Assembly (NCBI GenBank): GCA_964019335.1
Contig: OZ025663.1
Location: forward strand, 310,001-374,000
Length of the DNA stretch: 64,000 nucleotides
Direction: 5' to 3'
DNA from: Diplonema japonicum
Taxonomy: Eukaryota; Protista; Euglenozoa: Diplonemea
Shown: piece by piece, positions 58,501-64,000 of the stretch
Numbering within the stretch: the first letter of the stretch is position 1
Layout: every line of letters starts with the position of its first letter
The notes under the pieces: generated by a model
The model's input: only the letters and a program-made list of their open reading frames with translations
Told to the model about the DNA's origin: nothing
Databases searched by the model: none
Position numbers and translations under genes: made by a program

Positions 58501-60614
58501 TAATTATTCACAGTGCAGCATCACCCTCAGCACACTGAAATAATGTCGATTTCTTTAATTACTGTAAGGGGGGGGGGGGGGGAAAGAGAGAGAGAAAAAA
58601 AAGAAAAAAAAAGTGCCCCGGACGGGAAACTCCCTGACGAAGTTTGTCTCGATGTTAAAGGAAAAAAAAAGGGGGGGAATCTTTTTTTCCGAAAGGGGCA
58701 GCTCCTACTTTATATTATTCTTTCTTTCTTTCTCCCCCCCCTCAACAAAAAGCGCAACAAAAAATTACCCCTCGGGTGGAGGAAATCAACTCTGTTACGT
58801 GTAAACGGCAAAAAAAAAAAATATAGTAGTCCCCCACCCACCCGCCCCCTCTTCTTTTTTTTCTTTTCATACCTTGTTAAGATAGCTCACACACCACAAG
58901 GATGGTTTCAACCAGCAAAAAAGATACGTTCTGGGGAAAGAAAAGAAAGAGATATGGATCAAGAAGAATGTATGACGCAGTTGTTTTTTTTTTTTTTTTT
59001 TTTTTTTTTTGAAAAGCAGAAATTATACATCACTTGCTATTGTTGGTGTCTAATGAAAAAAAAAAGCCGAATTTCTTATTTAGGTAAACTAAATCATTTA
59101 TTTTTAGCTGGGGGGAGGGAAGAGAAAGACAGAAAAAGAAGAGGAATCGTAAATGCAGAGCCAGCTTTATCTTTGTTTCTCCCTCTTCTTATTATTTTTT
59201 TTAAATGTATTTCTAAATACCTATTTACTCTTCTACATTCTTTCTTTCTTTCTTTTTTTTTTTTTTTTTTTGCTTGTTAAAAAAAAATAAGGGGGGGGGG
59301 AAGCCCCGCTCCTCTTTTTTTTTGTTCTCTTTTTTTTTTTGTTACAAATATTTTATCTTTCAAAAAGGTTTTTATTACTATATGCAACTTGTGCCGAGCG
59401 AAAAAAATAAAACTTTCGCAGCTTTTTGAAAACCTTTTTTTTTTTTCGCTCGTGCGGCGAACAGCAAAGACATGTAGTCATAAAGATCCCCCCCCCCCCC
59501 CCCCCCTCTTACCCCGTGTATCTCTAAAGTGTCATGAGATGTGTTCAGCGAAGTACCCCCGAAAATGCATCCAGAACTTTTTTTTTTTTTGTAACAAATC
59601 CAGGTGTCTGACACATTCTTAGATATTTCTGGAGCTCGAAAAGTGGGAGGGGGAAGAAAAAAAAAGTACGCACGTTGTAACCCAGGCACTTTTCCCTTTG
59701 CAGTATGCGGGTTAATATATCTGCTTTCTTGGTGAAGAAAACAATTGCAATATTCTTTTTATGTAGGGTCAATTTTTTATGTATGTCCCCTCCCCTTTCC
59801 CCCCCCCCCCCCCCCCCCCTCCCCCTTCAATCACAACTCGGGTCCGCTGAGTTAAAAAATGATAACTATGAATCTTAGTAAAAAAAAAAAAAAAACTGGT
59901 AGCGAAAGAAGCGACAAAAAAAAAGAAGAAATAATATATGATGTGGGAGAGAGGGAAAAAAAAAAAAGAAGAAAAAAAAAAAGAAAGAAAGCGAGTATCA
60001 AGATGGAAGAGCTGAGGTGGGGGGGGGGGGGGATGAGTAACTGGTGGGACACCCAGCAGTTTTTTCCTTTTTTTTTTCTTCCCCTTCAGTAGTGGTAACA
60101 AGCAGTATTTTTCTCGGGATTTGTACTGCGTGCAAATGCTAAGTACTGACTTTTTTTTTTTTTTTTTTTTTTTTTTGTCCTTAGCATACATGAATACAAA
60201 ATTCTCTTTCAATCACTCGTCTGTCCCCTTCGTATTATTGTATTTTTTTTTTTTCCCTTCTTTTTTTTCTCTCCCCATTCTACTACTATCTGTTTATTTC
60301 TTAACCATTTTTTTTTCTTTTCTTTTCTTCTCTTACCTATAAAACACCAAACAAAAAGCCCAAACGCTATCACTACCGGAATTCTCACGTTCGGATTGGA
60401 ACGTTTTTTTTCCCCTGCAGATTCGCCTCTTGCTTGTGGTTAAGAGACCCCTCCACGTTTTTTGCACTTTAAGCCACAGGTCCTACCCATGTCGGCTGCT
60501 GTTTAACCATCCTAACACTGAAAGACGCACTTGATGGCGATACGTTTTTTTTCCCCCAGTTAAAAATTAAACCGATTTACACAACAAAAACAAGAAAAAA
60601 AAAAACAAGAAAAA

Positions 60615-60803
60615 ATGCCGGCCACTGCTCAACCTGCAGCTGCTCCTGTTGCGGCACCGGCTGCTCCAGCCGTCCCTGCGCCTGCAGCCAAACCAGCCGC
60701 ACCAAAGGCTGGATATACTGCTTTCGACCCGCCCCACTTTGTCTCAGCTTCTAAGTACCCGAGGCAACACATGGGGATGTTCGTGGCGCCGGAAAACGTC
60801 TGA
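60615..60803 (+). CDS. Small Ala/Pro-rich protein (62 aa)
   Basis: ATG follows an A-rich leader; a GC-rich coding-like island in an AT-rich spacer; non-repetitive C-terminus. Confidence 0.6.
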   Translation: MPATAQPAAAPVAAPAAPAVPAPAAKPAAPKAGYTAFDPPHFVSASKYPRQHMGMFVAPENV

Positions 60804-60972
60804 AGAATATCGCCCCCACCCCTTGTTACACAAAAGCCACTCTACAATAGGAATTCTCTTTTATTCCTTTTTTTTTTTTTTTTTTAAAGCAGCACAGTCT
60901 TTCTTATTATAATTAAACACACCCTCTCTTTCTTTTTTCCCTCATTCCTATACACAGGTGTGGGTGCGGACC

Positions 60973-62754
60973 ATGGAGCCCAGCTTCCTGTCTGTCAACA
61001 CTGAGGTCGACCTTGTGGAGGTAGTGGTGACTGGGCGGGCCTTGAACGCTGTCATCCACAAGCTAGTCGGTGCCGTCAACGAGCTGGAGGCACAGATCCG
61101 CGAATTACGGGAAAATGCAGCAGAAGGGAAGACCGAACGGCAGATGCTGCACGCAGAGCTGGAGGATGTCAAAACACAGCTGAGTGAACGAGACGACTCC
61201 TTAGTAGAAGCTCTCAAGAAAGAAGTAGAAGAGACACGCGAACAGGCACAAAGCGAACGGAGGAAAGTGGAAAGTTTAGAGTATAAAATGGCAGACTTGG
61301 TAGACCGGCTGAAAGTTCAAGAAGAGCGAGCGATACCTGACATCGGCCCGATGGAAAGAGACATCAGTTCCTTGAAGCAGGCGGACGCCACCCTCGAGGG
61401 GGGGATCAATGATCTGCATGTCAAGGCGTCGCGATGTAAGGAAGCTGTTGACACCGTCACCGCTAAGCTGTCCACTGCGACCTCCGACTCCAATGCAACA
61501 AGCACCCTTGTCTCGTCCCTTATGACAGTCTTTTCGTTCACAGAACGCTCCCTCACAACTGCCATACGTGGCAAGCCGTCCGACGGTCTCTCCTCTTCCG
61601 CGCAGTACCTCCTCAGCACCCCTGCACTCGCGCATATCATGTCCCACCTCACTGCGCTCCAGGCCAGCTTCACAATTGAGTGCGGCCGCGTCACCACTCT
61701 CGAGGCAGACACATCCGACAAGATTCTGAAGACGAACCAGCGGCTCGTCACGAAGCTCGACAAGGATGCCTTCACAGCCTTCAAAACCGATTCAACAAAA
61801 TGGCGCGAGCAGCTCGAAGGCCTTCAAGAGGCGGTGTCTGTTGTCGAAGCTGACCTCCTCCTCAGAGCTACGGAGGAGGCGTTACATAACGAGGTCGCAC
61901 GCCTTGAAGTTAACAAAGCCAACAAGGGAGACATTCTGAACCTGCCCTCCAAGCAGGAGATGAAAGTCTTCAAGAGGAACCTTGACGGGTTGGACGAGAG
62001 GCTGATAGAACTGAAGTCGGAAACTGACGTCCAAGTGCGGAGTCTGCGCACCAGAAAAGCTAGCATATCATCAATCTCCACAGGGATGGACCCACGGGAC
62101 GTTGAAAAACTGAGGAAGGCGGTAGAGGTCCTAAAGAAAGCAGACACCCTCCTTGACGAGAATAAGGTAGACAGGATGGAGTGGAAGAACATACAGGATT
62201 ATGTGGAACAGATGGCCGAACAGCTCGCACAGTTGGGGCACGTCGTTGGTGCAGGCAAGCTGATCGCACGTGACAATCACGAGTGCAACAATGCTGCAGC
62301 GGCAGATGTAAGAATGGAGAAAGAAACAGCAGAACATGGACTGTGGAAGAAGCCTGTGCTCAAAACAACAATCAAAAAGTCTTCACTTGCAGCTTTAGAG
62401 GAGGAGAGCATGCTTCGAGACGGGCTCTCTGGCCCATGGGAAGACGATTCTATCAGAAGGCCACAGAGCGCAGGGCCAGCATCGTTTGCAAAGGCCCGTA
62501 ACTTGCCCCTACGTCCTGCTAGTGCTGGTCCCACTAACAGTTACCAGACTGACCATCAGGCCTCTGTCAGCATCCCCTTGCAGCATATCCCTGCAGGCAT
62601 ACGCATGGGCCGCCCATCACGCCTTACTTCCCTCGACGGCTCCGTCACCAACGCCACTGTGACCCCTCGCTACGACCTCGATCACCATCACCACGCCCTC
62701 TCCCCCACATCTCAGCCCCGTCTTACCTCCAGAGCTGACGATACTCTTGATTAA
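60973..62754 (+). CDS. Coiled-coil protein (593 aa) with RPxSA-containing disordered tail
   Basis: Long ORF with heptad-rich E/K/L composition. Pyrimidine tract and CAG acceptor at 60955-60957 just upstream. Confidence 0.8.
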   Translation: MEPSFLSVNTEVDLVEVVVTGRALNAVIHKLVGAVNELEAQIRELRENAAEGKTERQMLHAELEDVKTQLSERDDSLVEALKKEVEETREQAQSERRKVESLEYKMADLVDRLKVQEERAIPDIGPMERDISSLKQADATLEGGINDLHVKASRCKEAVDTVTAKLSTATSDSNATSTLVSSLMTVFSFTERSLTTAIRGKPSDGLSSSAQYLLSTPALAHIMSHLTALQASFTIECGRVTTLEADTSDKILKTNQRLVTKLDKDAFTAFKTDSTKWREQLEGLQEAVSVVEADLLLRATEEALHNEVARLEVNKANKGDILNLPSKQEMKVFKRNLDGLDERLIELKSETDVQVRSLRTRKASISSISTGMDPRDVEKLRKAVEVLKKADTLLDENKVDRMEWKNIQDYVEQMAEQLAQLGHVVGAGKLIARDNHECNNAAAADVRMEKETAEHGLWKKPVLKTTIKKSSLAALEEESMLRDGLSGPWEDDSIRRPQSAGPASFAKARNLPLRPASAGPTNSYQTDHQASVSIPLQHIPAGIRMGRPSRLTSLDGSVTNATVTPRYDLDHHHHALSPTSQPRLTSRADDTLD

Positions 62755-62875
62755 ATAATTAACATGTCATTTACACATTTAAAGTACGTTTTGTCATTCT
62801 TATTACGGCCAAGAGTGGGGCACTACTCTGTCTGCTTTTTGATTATGCCTTTGAAGGAGTTCAATAGTAGTGAAG

Positions 62876-64000
62876 ATGGCGCCGAAGAAGCCGCCTCCTA
62901 AAGCGGCGCAGACAGGACGACCGTCCGATGCGAACGGGTTGTTCGTTGAGTGCGAACTCCCACAGTGGGAGGCAGAGATAGGAAAGGAGGATTGGAGCGG
63001 GGGCAAGGGCGAATATAGCCAGGCGGGTGCTGTGGTGGACAATGCACTGCTGTTTGTCGACCCTGCGCAGGACCCGGAGCCGTGGGAGATCGACGTTCTG
63101 ACACAGCACAACAAGGGATGGAAACGGCCAAGTGCAATTTTCTCCCCGTTCAAGCCTGTGGTGATTAAACTCGCAACGCCCGATGACCCGTATGAAGGCC
63201 CTTTAGCTCCGCCAGAAGAAGCGGGCGAGTCAGACCACGATCAGCCGGTACGGACACGCGAGTCTGTCATTGCGGCGTACCGTGCGGTGCGTAAACTAAA
63301 AGGTGCAAACCCCGTCCCTGGATCGGAACAATCGAAACGCGCGAAGGGTACCTCGAAAAGAGCGGAAGCTCGTCGCAACCAGCCAACGCCCTGCTACATG
63401 CAGGCCTTCAACTCTTGTCTTGCGGTGGTGCAGAATGCACAAGAACTCATCCCCCGCGACCAGTACCTGTGGGAATTGATCTACCCGCAAGCAGTTGTCG
63501 GGAACGGCATCCGTCTCCCGCAGTACAACCCTTACGGTAAGTACATCGTCAAGATCTTTGTGCGCGGCTGCTGGCGGCGCGTTGTGATCGACGACAGGCT
63601 TCCAACAGACATCTTTGGCCAATCCCTGCTCACTGTCACTGAAGGGAAGGAAATTTGGCCTGCTCTCCTCGCAAAGGCGCTCCTCAAAGTCCTCGGACCA
63701 ACAAAGCAAAACACCATCTTCACCGATCCACTCTGGTGTTTGTGGTCACTCCTCCCCGGATACATCCCGCAAGTACTGGACCCGACTCTTGGCACCTCTT
63801 CAATTTTGGGGTACTTCAACAGGATGATGGAACAGAAGAGGTTGTTAGAACGCCCTGAAAAGGACGAAAAGGAAGGCAGGGAAAAATTTATTGTTGCTGC
63901 ACTGCCAAAGGAGGGGTGTGTGTCGTTTGAAGCTAATGGACTGCACACAAATCAGTTGTATCACATCTTGGAGGCACGACCTTTGGAGACACCACCTACA
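62876..64000 (+). CDS. ADGB: Androglobin-like calpain (CysPc-type) protein, 5' part, runs off the window (absent from the ORF track because no stop is reached)
   Basis: Translates MAPKKPP...LPQWEAEIGKEDW...LFVDP...WKRPS...LWELIYPQ...LPQYNPYGKYIVKIFVRGCWRRVVIDDRLP...EIWPALLAKALLKV, resembling the androglobin N-terminal calpain-like domain. Confidence 0.8.
   Translation, partial: MAPKKPPPKAAQTGRPSDANGLFVECELPQWEAEIGKEDWSGGKGEYSQAGAVVDNALLFVDPAQDPEPWEIDVLTQHNKGWKRPSAIFSPFKPVVIKLATPDDPYEGPLAPPEEAGESDHDQPVRTRESVIAAYRAVRKLKGANPVPGSEQSKRAKGTSKRAEARRNQPTPCYMQAFNSCLAVVQNAQELIPRDQYLWELIYPQAVVGNGIRLPQYNPYGKYIVKIFVRGCWRRVVIDDRLPTDIFGQSLLTVTEGKEIWPALLAKALLKVLGPTKQNTIFTDPLWCLWSLLPGYIPQVLDPTLGTSSILGYFNRMMEQKRLLERPEKDEKEGREKFIVAALPKEGCVSFEANGLHTNQLYHILEARPLETPPT

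Noticed and set aside
60430-60480. TGTGGTTAA...TTAAGCCACA hairpin as an ncRNA
   Set aside because: A single short stem with no further support.

Overview
Eukaryotic protist DNA. It is probably a euglenozoan of the diplonemid type; this is an inference from about 22 protein genes all on the + strand, gaps often only 70-160 nt, pyrimidine-tract/AG acceptors upstream of several ATGs, 15 inferred tiny (33-61 nt) GT-AG introns and homopolymer-rich spacers. The flanks hold a CCCH/RING E3, PDZ proteins, VPS15, an AFG2/SPATA5-like AAA+ ATPase, RPC25, an IFT54-like protein, a class-V PLP enzyme, a CPES-like CDP-alcohol transferase, a chlorophyllase-like hydrolase, an androglobin-like calpain and one antisense tRNA-Ala(AGC). 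The centre (about 17.5-49.3 kb) is a recently duplicated and converted locus. It holds a ~6,200-aa RNF213/mysterin-like AAA+ giant with an inserted PDZ/2xSPRY/Trp-rich-repeat array, no recognisable RING or canonical RZ finger, and a C-terminal PDZ plus coiled coil. It also holds a truncated but open paralogue (array plus the first two AAA units) with a hypervariable patch. Four intact and two fragmentary Mpo1/DUF962 genes interleave the two RNF213-like genes. This is the best candidate for an undescribed protist cell-autonomous immunity system. All family calls come from motif recognition by eye; no searches were run.
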